The notes beneath the pieces are model-generated. The model did no database searches, was not told the DNA's origin, and worked only from the letters and a program-made list of their open reading frames with translations. DNA of 46,730 bases from Deltaproteobacteria bacterium (GTDB taxonomy: Bacteria; Desulfobacterota; Desulfobacteria; Desulfobacterales; SURF-15): NCBI GenBank assembly GCA_013349495.1, contig DUZK01000002.1:1-46730 (forward strand), read 5' to 3'. Shown in pieces: positions 35,832 through 46,312 of this stretch. A program made the translations under genes and the position numbers. The stretch's first letter is position 1; every line of letters starts with the position of its first letter.

Positions 35832-36379
35832 AGAATCTGGCAGTCGCACGCAGATATGCTAAGGCGCTTATTTTGATCGGAAAAGAAGACGGACAAGCTG
35901 AATCCTACCGGAATGAGCTTGAGGGCGTATCCGATTTATTCGAAAAGGAGAAAGCGCTTGAGCTTGCAGTCACAAATCCCCTCTATGTCGCTGCAAATAG
36001 AAGAAAGGTTTTGGAAACGCTTATCGAAAAACTGAACCTCTCACAAGTTATGTCTTCCTTCTTGATGCTGTTGTTTGATAAAGGTCGGATCGGGTTTTTA
36101 AAGGATATCAACACTTATTATCAAGCGCTGGCAGACGAACTGAAGGGGATCGCCCGGGCAGAGCTGATTTCGGCGTCGGATCTTTCTTCAGATGCCGTTG
36201 ATAAGATACGCAGTGCTTTGTCAAATATGATACAAAAGGATATCGTTTTAGAGTTTAAACAAGATCCCAACCTGATCGGGGGCATTGTAACACGAATTGG
36301 GGATCTCGTATTGGATGGTAGCATTAAAACACAGCTACTCAATATGAAGGAATCTTTGAAAAGGGGTGAACGGGTCTAA
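35828..36379 (+). CDS. atpH: F0F1 ATP synthase subunit delta (OSCP)
   Basis: ARRYAKAL N-terminus, C-terminal [23 protein letters not shown] overlap with atpF. Confidence 0.85.
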   Translation: MKNLAVARRYAKALILIGKEDGQAESYRNELEGVSDLFEKEKALELAVTNPLYVAANRRKVLETLIEKLNLSQVMSSFLMLLFDKGRIGFLKDINTYYQALADELKGIARAELISASDLSSDAVDKIRSALSNMIQKDIVLEFKQDPNLIGGIVTRIGDLVLDGSIKTQLLNMKESLKRGERV

Positions 36380-37896
36380 TGGAATTAAGAGCTGAAGAAA
36401 TAAGTCAGATTATCAAAGAGCAGATTAAGGATTATGACAAGAAGGTTGAATTGAGCGAAACCGGAGTCGTTTTATCGGTCGGTGATGGGATCGCTAGAGT
36501 TTACGGCCTTGAGAAGGTGATGGCGCTGGAACTGGTGGAATTCCCCGGCGGGATCCTGGGACTGGTGCTCAACCTCGAAGAAGACAATGTGGGTGTGGCC
36601 ATTATGGGTGAAGACATCCACATCAAGGAAGGCGACATGGTCAAACGGACCGGTAGGATCGCTCAAGTGCCCGTAGGTGAAGCTGTTCTCGGACGCGTGC
36701 TGTCGGCTGTGGGGGAACCGATTGACGGCAAAGGACCGGTTGAAGCGGATGAGTTCAGCCGGGTTGAAATGGTGGCTCCCGGCGTTATTGCCCGAAAGAG
36801 TGTTCATGAACCCTGTTATACGGGTTTAAAGGCGGTTGATGCCATGACCCCTGTGGGGAGAGGCCAGCGCGAACTGATCATCGGGGACCGGCAGATCGGG
36901 AAAACCGCTTGTGCCGTCGATGCGATTCTTGCTCAAAAGGACACGGATATTTACTGCATCTATGTGGCTTGCGGGCAGAAAAAGTCGACGGTGGCTCAGG
37001 TCCACGCGATACTCGAAAAATACGGCGCCATGGAATACACCACCATCGTGGCGGCCTGTGCCAGTGATCCGGCCACGCTGCAATACATCGCACCCTATGC
37101 GGGATGCGCCATGGGCGAATACTTCCGTGACAAGGGACAACACGCGCTGATCATCTATGATGACTTGTCCAAGCAAGCAGCGGCGTACCGTCAAGTCTCC
37201 CTACTGTTGCGGCGACCTCCGGGACGCGAAGCATATCCAGGGGATATTTTCTACAATCACTCCCGACTGCTCGAACGTGCTGCCAAATTGAACGACGATC
37301 TGGGCGCCGGCTCGCTGACGGCACTGCCCATTATCGAAACACAAGCCGGTGACGTGTCCGCTTATATTCCCACCAATGTTATCTCGATTACAGACGGGCA
37401 GATTTATCTCGAACCGGGGCTGTTCTTTTCCGGTATCCGGCCCGCCATCAATGTCGGGCTTTCCGTCTCCCGGGTCGGCGGAGCAGCCCAGGTAAAAGCC
37501 ATGAAGCAGGTTGCCGGAACACTTCGACTCGAGATGGCGCAATATCGCGAGTTGGAGGCGTTTGCAGCATTCGGCAGTGATCTTGACGCTGCGACACAAA
37601 AACAGCTCACCCGGGGTGCCAGGCTGGTCGAAATTCTAAAGCAACCGCAGTATAAGCCGCTGCCCATGAATAGGCAGGTTACCATCCTGTACGCGGGTAC
37701 GCGAGGGTTCCTTGATAAATATCCCGTGAATGTCCTGGGTGAATATGAGCCCGGCCTCTACGATTTCATTGAAAGCAAATATCCTCAAGTTTTTACCGAG
37801 CTTGCGGAAAAACAAGAAATCACGGATGATTTGGACACGCTGATGAAAGAGGCTTTAACCGCCTATGACGAGGAATTCAAGGATACCATTAAATAG
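36379..37896 (+). CDS. atpA: F0F1 ATP synthase subunit alpha
   Basis: GDRQIGKT Walker A and full-length alpha-subunit similarity. Confidence 0.97.
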   Translation: MELRAEEISQIIKEQIKDYDKKVELSETGVVLSVGDGIARVYGLEKVMALELVEFPGGILGLVLNLEEDNVGVAIMGEDIHIKEGDMVKRTGRIAQVPVGEAVLGRVLSAVGEPIDGKGPVEADEFSRVEMVAPGVIARKSVHEPCYTGLKAVDAMTPVGRGQRELIIGDRQIGKTACAVDAILAQKDTDIYCIYVACGQKKSTVAQVHAILEKYGAMEYTTIVAACASDPATLQYIAPYAGCAMGEYFRDKGQHALIIYDDLSKQAAAYRQVSLLLRRPPGREAYPGDIFYNHSRLLERAAKLNDDLGAGSLTALPIIETQAGDVSAYIPTNVISITDGQIYLEPGLFFSGIRPAINVGLSVSRVGGAAQVKAMKQVAGTLRLEMAQYRELEAFAAFGSDLDAATQKQLTRGARLVEILKQPQYKPLPMNRQVTILYAGTRGFLDKYPVNVLGEYEPGLYDFIESKYPQVFTELAEKQEITDDLDTLMKEALTAYDEEFKDTIK

Positions 37897-37977
37897 ATAC
37901 TTGAAACTGGAAACTTGAAACTGGGCCGGCATAGATTTGGTCTTGTGATTCGAGAATCAAGTATCAAGTTTCAAACC
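37897..37977. repeat. Composite hairpin element C: (a)acttgaa tandem words in inverted arms, between atpA and atpG
   Basis: ATACTTGA (37897-37904) is perfectly complementary to TCAAGTAT (37957-37964). cttgaaactggaaacttgaaactgg pairs with atcaagtatcaagtttcaaacc in several registers. Starts 1 nt after the atpA stop. Confidence 0.55.
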
Positions 37978-37993
37978 ATAAAGGTTTTCTTAT

Positions 37994-38884
37994 ATGGCGA
38001 CCTTAAAAGATATTCAGACAAAAATAGTTGCAGTTAAAAAGACAAAGCAAATCACCCGGGCCATGAACATGGTGGCTGCTTCACGGCTTCGCGGGGCCCA
38101 AACCAATATGGAGGCCTTTCGGCCTTACGCCTTAAAGTTCGCCGAAGTGCTGGGCAGCCTTGCGGAACGATCGGCCGGCGAGGACAACCCCTTGTTGACG
38201 CCTCGTGACGAGGTCAAAAAGATCCACATTGTTTTATGCACCTCCGACCGGGGTTTGTGCGGCGGTTTCAATGTCAATCTTGTTTCAAAAGCCCAATCTA
38301 TTTTCAGGGATAAAGCCGGTGTGAACATCACCATTTCCTTCACCAATTTCGGCAAAAAAGGTCGGGACTGGTGTCGAAAGAGCAAAAAGATCATCGGCCG
38401 GGTGCATCTGGGGGTTGTGGGTGCAAAATTCGGGTTTAATGTGGCCTCCACCGAGGGACGCAAATTGGTCGAGGAGTATCTCTCGGGAACTTACGATGAG
38501 GTGTATGTGGTGTATGCGGAGTTTATCAGTCTGGCTAGGCAGGTTCCGGTGATAAAACAGATATTGCCGATACCGCCCATCGAGGCTGCTGAGCAAGCGG
38601 ACGAGGCGGAAGATGCCGATTATATGCCGGAACACATCTGTGAGCCCTCTCCCAATGAACTGTTGGAAGAGATGCTGCCTCGAAATGTATATGTCCAGTT
38701 GTACAGCGCACTTTTGGAAACATCGACCAGCGAACATGCAGCCCGTATGATGGCTATGGACAATGCCACAAAGGCTTGTAACGATATGATCGAAAATCTG
38801 ACCATTGTCTATAATAAGGCGAGGCAAGCCGCGATTACCGCGGAGCTTATGGATATTGTCGGAGGCGCTGAGGCTCTTAGATGA
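37994..38884 (+). CDS. atpG: F0F1 ATP synthase subunit gamma
   Basis: MATLKDIQTKIVAVKKTKQITRAMNMVAASRLR N-terminus and the C-terminal ARQAAITAELMDIVGGAEAL helix. Confidence 0.95.
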   Translation: MATLKDIQTKIVAVKKTKQITRAMNMVAASRLRGAQTNMEAFRPYALKFAEVLGSLAERSAGEDNPLLTPRDEVKKIHIVLCTSDRGLCGGFNVNLVSKAQSIFRDKAGVNITISFTNFGKKGRDWCRKSKKIIGRVHLGVVGAKFGFNVASTEGRKLVEEYLSGTYDEVYVVYAEFISLARQVPVIKQILPIPPIEAAEQADEAEDADYMPEHICEPSPNELLEEMLPRNVYVQLYSALLETSTSEHAARMMAMDNATKACNDMIENLTIVYNKARQAAITAELMDIVGGAEALR

Positions 38885-38946
38885 TTACAATAATTTAGGG
38901 ATTGAGAAATTGAGGAATTCCTCAATTTATTTTTGGAGGTTATTAA

Positions 38947-40365
<1,419 letters not shown>

Positions 40366-40385
40366 AGTTAGAGTGAGGTTTGGAT

Positions 40386-40802
40386 ATGGCTGGAAGCATT
40401 AGACTGGAAATCGTAACCCCTGAAAAACTGGTTGTTAGCGATGAGGCGGAAATCGTCATGGCGCCCGGCGTATTGGGTGAATTCGGCGTACTCGTTAATC
40501 ATACCCCTTTCATGACCACTCTTAAAGTCGGTACCATTCATTATAAGGATTCCAGCGGGCAAGAGCGGTTTGTATTTGTCAGCGGTGGATTTGCAGAAGC
40601 CCTGCCGGATAAGGTAACGGTTCTGGCAGAATCTGCAGAGCGCATACAGGATATCGACATGGAACGCGCAAAGTCTGCCATGGAACGCGCACAGAAGCGG
40701 TTGGCTGAAACGGATGATGCCGCAGTCGATTTCACCAGGGCAAAAGGAGCGCTGGAAAGGGCGATGCATCGCGTTCGGTTAGCTGAAATGAGATTATCTT
40801 GA
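40386..40802 (+). CDS. atpC: F0F1 ATP synthase subunit epsilon
   Basis: LEIVTPEK..., beta-sandwich plus a C-terminal helical hairpin. ATG at 40386 lies 7 nt after GAGG. Confidence 0.9.
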   Translation: MAGSIRLEIVTPEKLVVSDEAEIVMAPGVLGEFGVLVNHTPFMTTLKVGTIHYKDSSGQERFVFVSGGFAEALPDKVTVLAESAERIQDIDMERAKSAMERAQKRLAETDDAAVDFTRAKGALERAMHRVRLAEMRLS

Positions 40803-40843
40803 TGAAATTGTGAGTTTCTTATCATTTTATTTGTATACACTTT

Positions 40844-40884
40844 AAGGGGTAGACCTGGTGAACGGTTTACCCTTTTTCTTTATT
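40844..40884 (+). terminator. Intrinsic terminator after atpC
   Basis: AAGGGGTAGACC (40844-40855) pairs with GGTTTACCCTTT (40864-40875): 12 bp including 2 G-U. Followed by a T-rich tract (tttctttatt). Confidence 0.65.
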
Positions 40885-40900
40885 GCAAGGGGTTGAACCA

Positions 40901-41671
40901 TTGATCGCCAAAATCGTGAACGATCCTGTTGCTGTCATCATTCTGGCAGCCGGTCTCGGTACGCGGATGAAATCAAATAAGGCCAAAGTTCTCCATGAAC
41001 TCCTGGATCGTCCCATGATTCTCTATGTGGTGGAAACGGCCAGGCAGATCGTCGAAAAGAATATCACACTGGTGGTGGGGCATCAGGCCGATGAGGTCAG
41101 GAATATCGTTTCTGAAACCATGGATGTGACGTACGCGCATCAGGAGCAGCAGCTGGGCACCGCCCATGCGGTGAACACGGCCCTGCCGTTCATACCGGAC
41201 GAAATCCGGGAGATTATTATCCTCTATGGGGATGTCCCGTTGTTGACAACCCGCACCATCCGCCGCCTGTTAAACGACCATCATGCTGCAAAACGTGATA
41301 TCACGGTGCTTGGGGTTGAAATTAAAAACCCCACCGGATATGGAAGAATATTGCAGGATGAGCAGGGTAAGGTGCTTAGAATTGTTGAAGAAACCGATGC
41401 ATCAGCGGAACAGAAACAGGTTCGATCCATTAACACCGGGATATATTGTATTAAAAAAAACTGTCTGATTGAAACCCTAAGACAGGTTTCCGCCGATAAT
41501 GCACAAGGTGAGTACTATTTGACGGATATCATTGAAATCGGCAACCGTATGGGCAAGACCATCGGGGCTGTTTTTTGCGATGATGCTGATGAAGTCGTAG
41601 GAATTAATACCTGGGAAGAGTTGAATGCGGCCGAAGCCTTGATACGCATGCGGTTAAGCAAAACAGCTTGA
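40901..41671 (+). CDS. GlmU-like sugar-1-phosphate nucleotidyltransferase domain only (no left-handed beta-helix acetyltransferase domain)
   Basis: VAVIILAAGLGTRMKSNKAKVLH (GlmU/NTP-transferase signature), YGDVPLL, NTGIYC. Ends after the linker helix (EELNAAEALIRMRLSKTA). Start is uncertain: TTG 40883 overlaps the terminator, TTG 40901 lies after AAGGGG, and GTG 40916 is also possible. Confidence 0.75.
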   Translation: MIAKIVNDPVAVIILAAGLGTRMKSNKAKVLHELLDRPMILYVVETARQIVEKNITLVVGHQADEVRNIVSETMDVTYAHQEQQLGTAHAVNTALPFIPDEIREIIILYGDVPLLTTRTIRRLLNDHHAAKRDITVLGVEIKNPTGYGRILQDEQGKVLRIVEETDASAEQKQVRSINTGIYCIKKNCLIETLRQVSADNAQGEYYLTDIIEIGNRMGKTIGAVFCDDADEVVGINTWEELNAAEALIRMRLSKTA

Positions 41672-41722
41672 CTTTAGTATATATATAAGATTATACTAAC
41701 AAAAATTAAATGAGGTGAAAGA

Positions 41723-41965
41723 TTGGAAAACGGAGAAATTTTGCAGCAGTTCGATCAGATAGAACAAAAAATTGGAAAATTGGTTGAGGTTTCCAAATCC
41801 GCCGAGGCAGCCAAGGAGGGGCTTCGGAAAAAAATCGACAGCCTGGAAAAGGAGCTTCAGGGAAAACTAGAAGAGGAAAAAACTTACATAGAAGAAAGGG
41901 AATTGATCCGGTCAAAAATTGACAATCTTTTGGTTCGTCTGGATGAAATTACGGAATCATCATAA
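41723..41965 (+). CDS. Small coiled-coil protein, ZapB-like cell-division factor
   Basis: 80-aa heptad-rich sequence with no other domain. TTG start 5 nt after GAGGTG. Immediately upstream of zapA. Confidence 0.45.
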   Translation: MENGEILQQFDQIEQKIGKLVEVSKSAEAAKEGLRKKIDSLEKELQGKLEEEKTYIEERELIRSKIDNLLVRLDEITESS

Positions 41966-42001
41966 AATAGCCGGCCTGGAGAAAGGTAATCTTTCGGATC
42001 A

Positions 42002-42295
42002 GTGGAGCAACTCATCACCATAGAGCTTTTCGGGCAGCCATACAAATTCAAGGCAGCGCCTGAGACGGAAAACGCGCAGGAAGTTGTCGATGTGCTCGTT
42101 AAAGAAGTGGGCCGAATCCAGGATCAGCAATCAAAGGAAGCACCCGGAATTACACAGATTGCGATTCTCATTCTGGCTGCATTAAATATTGCAAATGAAA
42201 ATATGGAACTGAAAAAGAATTATTTTACACTCCATGAGACGGTTTCGAGGCGCTCCGAGACCTTGAAACGTCTATTGGACGTAGAGCTTAATTGA
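42002..42295 (+). CDS. zapA: Cell division protein ZapA
   Basis: 97 aa. N-terminal ITIELFGQPYKFKA (ZapA-type beta start) followed by a C-terminal coiled coil. GTG start. Confidence 0.75.
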   Translation: MEQLITIELFGQPYKFKAAPETENAQEVVDVLVKEVGRIQDQQSKEAPGITQIAILILAALNIANENMELKKNYFTLHETVSRRSETLKRLLDVELN

Positions 42296-42388
42296 TCTTG
42301 AAACACGGAGATAACTTCACTGATACCGACCTTTTTCAACCTGACAGCATTAGATTTGTTATTATCGGATCGAAAGCGTTTTTAATTT

Positions 42389-42567
42389 TACCCCTGCCGT
42401 GTTCGTGATTGATAGATGTTCTTTGATCCAACACTTATTGAAGCGGCACCTTACTTGGCATCGGTGTGCATGTTCTGCTGGTACAGAAAAGCCTAAAGAC
42501 GCCACAAGGAGCCCAGGTCATACCCCAGGTTCAAAGGCCTACCAACACGGCATTGTGGTGGGGGTTT
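42389..42567 (+). ncRNA. ssrS: 6S RNA candidate
   Basis: Located immediately downstream of zapA, as in E. coli and many Proteobacteria. It is ~180 nt. A closing helix forms between CCCCTGCCGTGTT (42391-) and AACACGGCA..GGGGG (-42564), and an internal helix between CTTTGATCC and GGTTCAAAG. The 3' half (gaaaagcctaaagacgcc...ggttcaaaggcctacc) resembles the E. coli 6S segment GAAGCCUUAAAACUGCG...GGUUCAAGGGUUACAGCC, recalled from memory. Confidence 0.65.
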
Positions 42568-42827
42568 CCATCCAATCAATTTTCGCCCTCAGCAAGATTT
42601 CTTCTTCCTTTTTCATCTCATTTAACGATCAGCCAAACGTATAGTCAGGTTTTAAATCTGTTTCTCTGAGTATTGAAGGTCAGTATGAGCAGATGCGAAT
42701 GAAGGACCGGTTTTCGTATAAACGATTTCAAACAATAGTTATGGCGGTATTTATGTTCCAGGCATGACGCGATGATCATATACGGCTGGATCTCTATTAT
42801 ACCGTCAATTGATATTTAAGGAGAAGG

Positions 42828-44393
42828 GTGATGATTGAACATTTCATTATGCTCGGCCTGGCCACCTTCGGTATCGGCTTTATAATTGCCTTCTGGATAA
42901 AAGGTAAGGTGGTCTCCCAAAAAGTGAAGGCCGCCGAATCAGAAGCCCAAAAACTGACCGAAGAGGCCAAGCGTAAATCTGAGACGTTACTGAAAGAAGC
43001 CAATCTTGAGATAAAAGATCGGCTTTTTCGGATGAAAAGCGAGTTCGATGCGGAGACCAAGGAAACCAGAGGAGAGCTGAAGAATCGAGAACAACGGCTC
43101 CTGCACAAAGAGGAGAGCCTGGATCGGAAAGTTGAACAATTCGACCAGAGGGATCGAGAGATAGCTCGCCAGGAAAAGGAGCTCGCTCGAAAGGCGGATA
43201 AAATTGAGCGGGATGAGCACAAGTACACTGAACTCTTAGAAGAGCAACGCAATCAACTGGTGAAAATTTCCGGAATGACCGCCGATCAGGCAAAAGACCT
43301 GCTCATCCGGTCGATGGAAAACGAGGCGCGGTATGAAGGCGCCAAATTAATCAAGCGAATTGAGACGGAGACCAAAGAAGACGCGGATAAAAGGGCAAAA
43401 AAAATTATGGCCACCGCCATTCAACGATATGCAGGAGATTTTATCGCGGAAAGAACTGTTTCGGTTGTTCAATTGCCAAATGATGAGATGAAAGGCCGAA
43501 TCATCGGAAGGGAGGGACGAAATATCCGTGCCATTGAAGCCGCAACCGGTATCGATCTCATTATAGATGATACCCCTGAGGCTGTCATTCTATCCGGATT
43601 CAATCCGGTTCGAAGAGAAGTCGCCCGCATCGCGTTGACGCGTCTGATTGCCGATGGCCGGATACATCCGGCCCGTATTGAAGATATCGTAAAGAAGGTT
43701 TCCCTCGAGGTGGATCAAACCATCAAGGAGGCAGGCGAACAAGCGGCTTTCGATTTGGGAATCCATGGGCTTCATAACAAACTGGTACAACACATCGGAC
43801 AACTCAAATTCAGAACCAGCTACGCCCAGAACGTGCTCCAGCATTCCGTTGAAGTCGGTTTTTTAAACGGTATCATGGCCTCGGAGCTGGGGCTCAATGC
43901 CAAACTGGCGAAACGCATCGGACTGCTGCATGATTTGGGAAAGGCCGTGGACCATGAAGTGGAAGGCCCCCATGCGTTAATCGGTTCAAAGCTTGCAAAA
44001 AAGTACGGGGAGTCGTCCAAAATTGTTCATGCCATTGCCGCTCATCATGAGGATGTGGCCCCTGATACCGTCTATGCCCTGTTGGTGCAGGCTGCCGACG
44101 GTTTATCGGGGGCCCGACCCGGGGCAAGAAAAGAGCTTTTGGAAAATTATATTAAACGGTTAGAGGATCTTGAAAACATTGCAAATTCATTTAAGGGTGT
44201 TTCAAACTCCTATGCGATACAGGCGGGTAGAGAAATCAGGGTCATTGTTGAAAGCGGAATTGTTAATGATGATACTGCGGTGCTCCTGAGCAAGGATATT
44301 GTCAAGAAGATTGAGGAATCGTTGACTTTTCCCGGCCAAATAAAAGTGATGGTGATCCGTGAGACCCGGGCGGTCGCTTATGCTAATAAATGA
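42828..44393 (+). CDS. rny: Ribonuclease Y
   Basis: N-terminal TM helix, long coiled coil, KH domain ([24 protein letters not shown]), HD domain (HSVEV...LLHDLGK). Confidence 0.93.
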   Translation: MMIEHFIMLGLATFGIGFIIAFWIKGKVVSQKVKAAESEAQKLTEEAKRKSETLLKEANLEIKDRLFRMKSEFDAETKETRGELKNREQRLLHKEESLDRKVEQFDQRDREIARQEKELARKADKIERDEHKYTELLEEQRNQLVKISGMTADQAKDLLIRSMENEARYEGAKLIKRIETETKEDADKRAKKIMATAIQRYAGDFIAERTVSVVQLPNDEMKGRIIGREGRNIRAIEAATGIDLIIDDTPEAVILSGFNPVRREVARIALTRLIADGRIHPARIEDIVKKVSLEVDQTIKEAGEQAAFDLGIHGLHNKLVQHIGQLKFRTSYAQNVLQHSVEVGFLNGIMASELGLNAKLAKRIGLLHDLGKAVDHEVEGPHALIGSKLAKKYGESSKIVHAIAAHHEDVAPDTVYALLVQAADGLSGARPGARKELLENYIKRLEDLENIANSFKGVSNSYAIQAGREIRVIVESGIVNDDTAVLLSKDIVKKIEESLTFPGQIKVMVIRETRAVAYANK

Positions 44394-44462
44394 AACTGGT
44401 TATGCGGTTTACTCAAGCAACCATTATTCGGATGTATTAATATATATTCCAAGGCGATGACA

Positions 44463-44555
44463 TGGTTTCAGGTGTCTGGTGTCAGGACGTGCCGATAGAT
44501 GAAAATTGAACCCGCCGGAGGCGCGCAAGCACTGAAACCTGAACACTGAAATCCA
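44463..44555. repeat. Composite hairpin element D: ggtgtc/cactgaa tandem words in inverted arms, between rny and tyrS
   Basis: tggtttcaggtgtctggtgtcagg (44463-44486) pairs with cactgaaacctgaacactgaaatcca (44530-44555). About 20 of 24 positions pair if three 1-nt bulges are allowed (hand alignment). Confidence 0.5.
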
Positions 44556-44644
44556 CAACAACGATCATTTCTGATTCAGAAGCAGGCCCACATAAAAGTT
44601 GATTCGAGAATGGTGGATAACCAGATAAATAAAAGGCAATTACC

Positions 44645-45928
44645 ATGAATGTACTCGACACCTTGAAAGAACGCGGGTTTATCGAACAGACCACCCACGA
44701 TGATGAACTGAATGCCTTGCTCCAAGATCATTCCATCACCTGTTATATCGGGTTCGATCCCACGGCATCCAGCCTGCATGTCGGGAGCCTGGTGCCCATT
44801 ATGTCTTTGGCACACATGCAACGTCACGGGCACAGACCCATCGCCCTTGTAGGCGGCGGAACCGGATTGGTGGGGGACCCCAGTGGGAGAACCGAGATGC
44901 GGCAGTTGTTGACCATCGAGGATGTCGAACAAAATGCTTTCGGTATTCGAAAACAGCTTTCGAATTTCATTGATTTTACCGAGGGCAGGGCGCTGATGCA
45001 GAACAATGCCGATTGGCTGACCAAGCTGGAATACATTCCCTTCCTGAGGGACATCGGCAGGCACTTCAGCGTCAATCGTATGATTAAAGCCGAAAGCTGC
45101 AAGATTCGGCTGGATTCCGAGGAAGGACTCAGTTTTATTGAGTTCAACTATATGATTTTACAGGCATATGATTTTCTGTATCTTGCAGATAACCACGACT
45201 GCAAACTTCAGATGGGGGGCAGTGATCAATGGGGCAACATTGTGGCCGGGGTGGAATTGATCCGAAGGATGAAACAGGATACCGCATTCGGTATTACCTT
45301 TCCCTTGATTACCACCAGCAGCGGAGCGAAAATGGGAAAGACGGCCAAGGGGGCTGTCTGGTTGGATCCGGAGAGAACCGCGCCCTATGATTACTTTCAA
45401 TTCTGGATCAACACCGACGATCCGGATGTCACCCGATTTCTGTCTCTTTTCACGTTTCTGCCCGTGGATGAAATCAATGCAGCGGAACACCTTTCGGGTG
45501 CTGATTTGAACAGTGCAAAAGCGGTATTGGCCTATGAAGCGACCCTGCTTGCCCACGGCAGAGAGAATGCCGTCAAAGCACTCCAAGCCGCGGAAAGTAT
45601 GTTCGGGTCAAGATCGATTCCTGATACCATCCTGCCATCCAGTTCCATTCCCCGAGACGAATCCATTGTAAATGAAGCGTCTGTTCCGCAAACCGATATC
45701 CCTCTCGATGAACTTAAGGAAGGAATTCCTGTCTTCAAGATATTCCATCGGGTGGGCTTGGCAAGATCGGGCAGTGATGCCCGAAGGCTCATTCAGCAGG
45801 GTGGTGCATACTTAAATGGCGGGCGTATCGATTCTGCTGAAAGGATGGTCACGCAAGATGATATATTAAGCTCGGAAATCGTACTTCGAGCCGGAAAAAA
45901 ACGGTTTCATAAAGTCAGAATCGTATAA
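44645..45928 (+). CDS. tyrS: Tyrosine--tRNA ligase
   Basis: HIGH-type motif (SLHVGSL), KMSKS-type motif (KMGKT), C-terminal S4-like domain (ARRLIQQGGAYLNG). Confidence 0.95.
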   Translation: MNVLDTLKERGFIEQTTHDDELNALLQDHSITCYIGFDPTASSLHVGSLVPIMSLAHMQRHGHRPIALVGGGTGLVGDPSGRTEMRQLLTIEDVEQNAFGIRKQLSNFIDFTEGRALMQNNADWLTKLEYIPFLRDIGRHFSVNRMIKAESCKIRLDSEEGLSFIEFNYMILQAYDFLYLADNHDCKLQMGGSDQWGNIVAGVELIRRMKQDTAFGITFPLITTSSGAKMGKTAKGAVWLDPERTAPYDYFQFWINTDDPDVTRFLSLFTFLPVDEINAAEHLSGADLNSAKAVLAYEATLLAHGRENAVKALQAAESMFGSRSIPDTILPSSSIPRDESIVNEASVPQTDIPLDELKEGIPVFKIFHRVGLARSGSDARRLIQQGGAYLNGGRIDSAERMVTQDDILSSEIVLRAGKKRFHKVRIV

Positions 45929-46015
45929 TTTTTTCGTTTTATGCGCATCGGCTCTATGGGTTCGAAATTTTTATTCTTATGTGATGAAAAAAATAATAAA
46001 ATTGTAAAATATGTG

Positions 46016-46044
46016 TTGACACAGGATTGAATTCGCTGTAGAAA
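46016..46044 (+). promoter_or_regulatory. Candidate upstream rRNA promoter (P1): TTGACA-17 nt-TAGAAA with an A/T-rich UP-like tract
   Basis: TTGACA at 46016-46021 and TAGAAA at 46039-46044. Upstream sequence 45984-46013 is almost entirely A/T. Confidence 0.45.
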
Positions 46045-46065
46045 GCAGATCGTTTTAATCGAATC

Positions 46066-46077
46066 GCTCTTTAAGAA
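46066..46077 (+). promoter_or_regulatory. boxA-like antitermination element downstream of P1
   Basis: gctctttaagaa compared with the E. coli rrn boxA GCTCTTTAACAA: 11 of 12 identical. Confidence 0.4.
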
Positions 46078-46096
46078 TTATATTGATTCAAAACCT

Positions 46097-46136
46097 ATTC
46101 TGGCGATTTTGTCTTTGAGAATGCCAGAATTTTTTT
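46097..46136 (+). terminator. Terminator-like hairpin with T-run between the two promoter candidates
   Basis: ATTCTGGC (46097-46104) pairs perfectly with GCCAGAAT (46123-46130). Followed by TTTTTT (46131-46136). Confidence 0.5.
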
Positions 46137-46157
46137 GTCCAAAGTTTGGGAAACCGC

Positions 46158-46186
46158 TTGACAGTGCAAGTGGTGTGACATATAAT
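46158..46186 (+). promoter_or_regulatory. Consensus sigma70 rRNA promoter (P2): TTGACA-17 nt-TATAAT
   Basis: TTGACA at 46158-46163 and TATAAT at 46181-46186, with an exact 17-nt spacer. About 130 nt upstream of the 16S 5' end. Confidence 0.7.
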
Positions 46187-46210
46187 CATTTTCGCTTTTC
46201 TATTTTAGCG

Positions 46211-46243
46211 TACCCGCTTCGGGTAAAATCGATCTTTGAAAAC
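46211..46243 (+). promoter_or_regulatory. boxB-like hairpin plus boxA-like element in the rRNA leader
   Basis: TACCCG-CTTC-GGGTA hairpin (46211-46225), followed by gatctttgaaaac (46231-46243). The order matches E. coli rrn leader nut-like sites. Confidence 0.45.
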
Positions 46244-46312
46244 TAAATAGTGACAGCTTTGAGTCGGGTCTTTCAGTTTGAGAACCGCATAATTCTTATG
46301 CAGTTCAATTGT

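Noticed and set aside
44590-44625. T-box leader upstream of tyrS (ggtggataacc compared with the T-box GGUGGNACCGCG).
   Set aside because: Only about 7 of 11 positions match. I could trace no specifier loop with a UAC codon, no AG bulge or GNUGGA-type elements, and no terminator/antiterminator alternative. T-boxes are also uncommon in this lineage.
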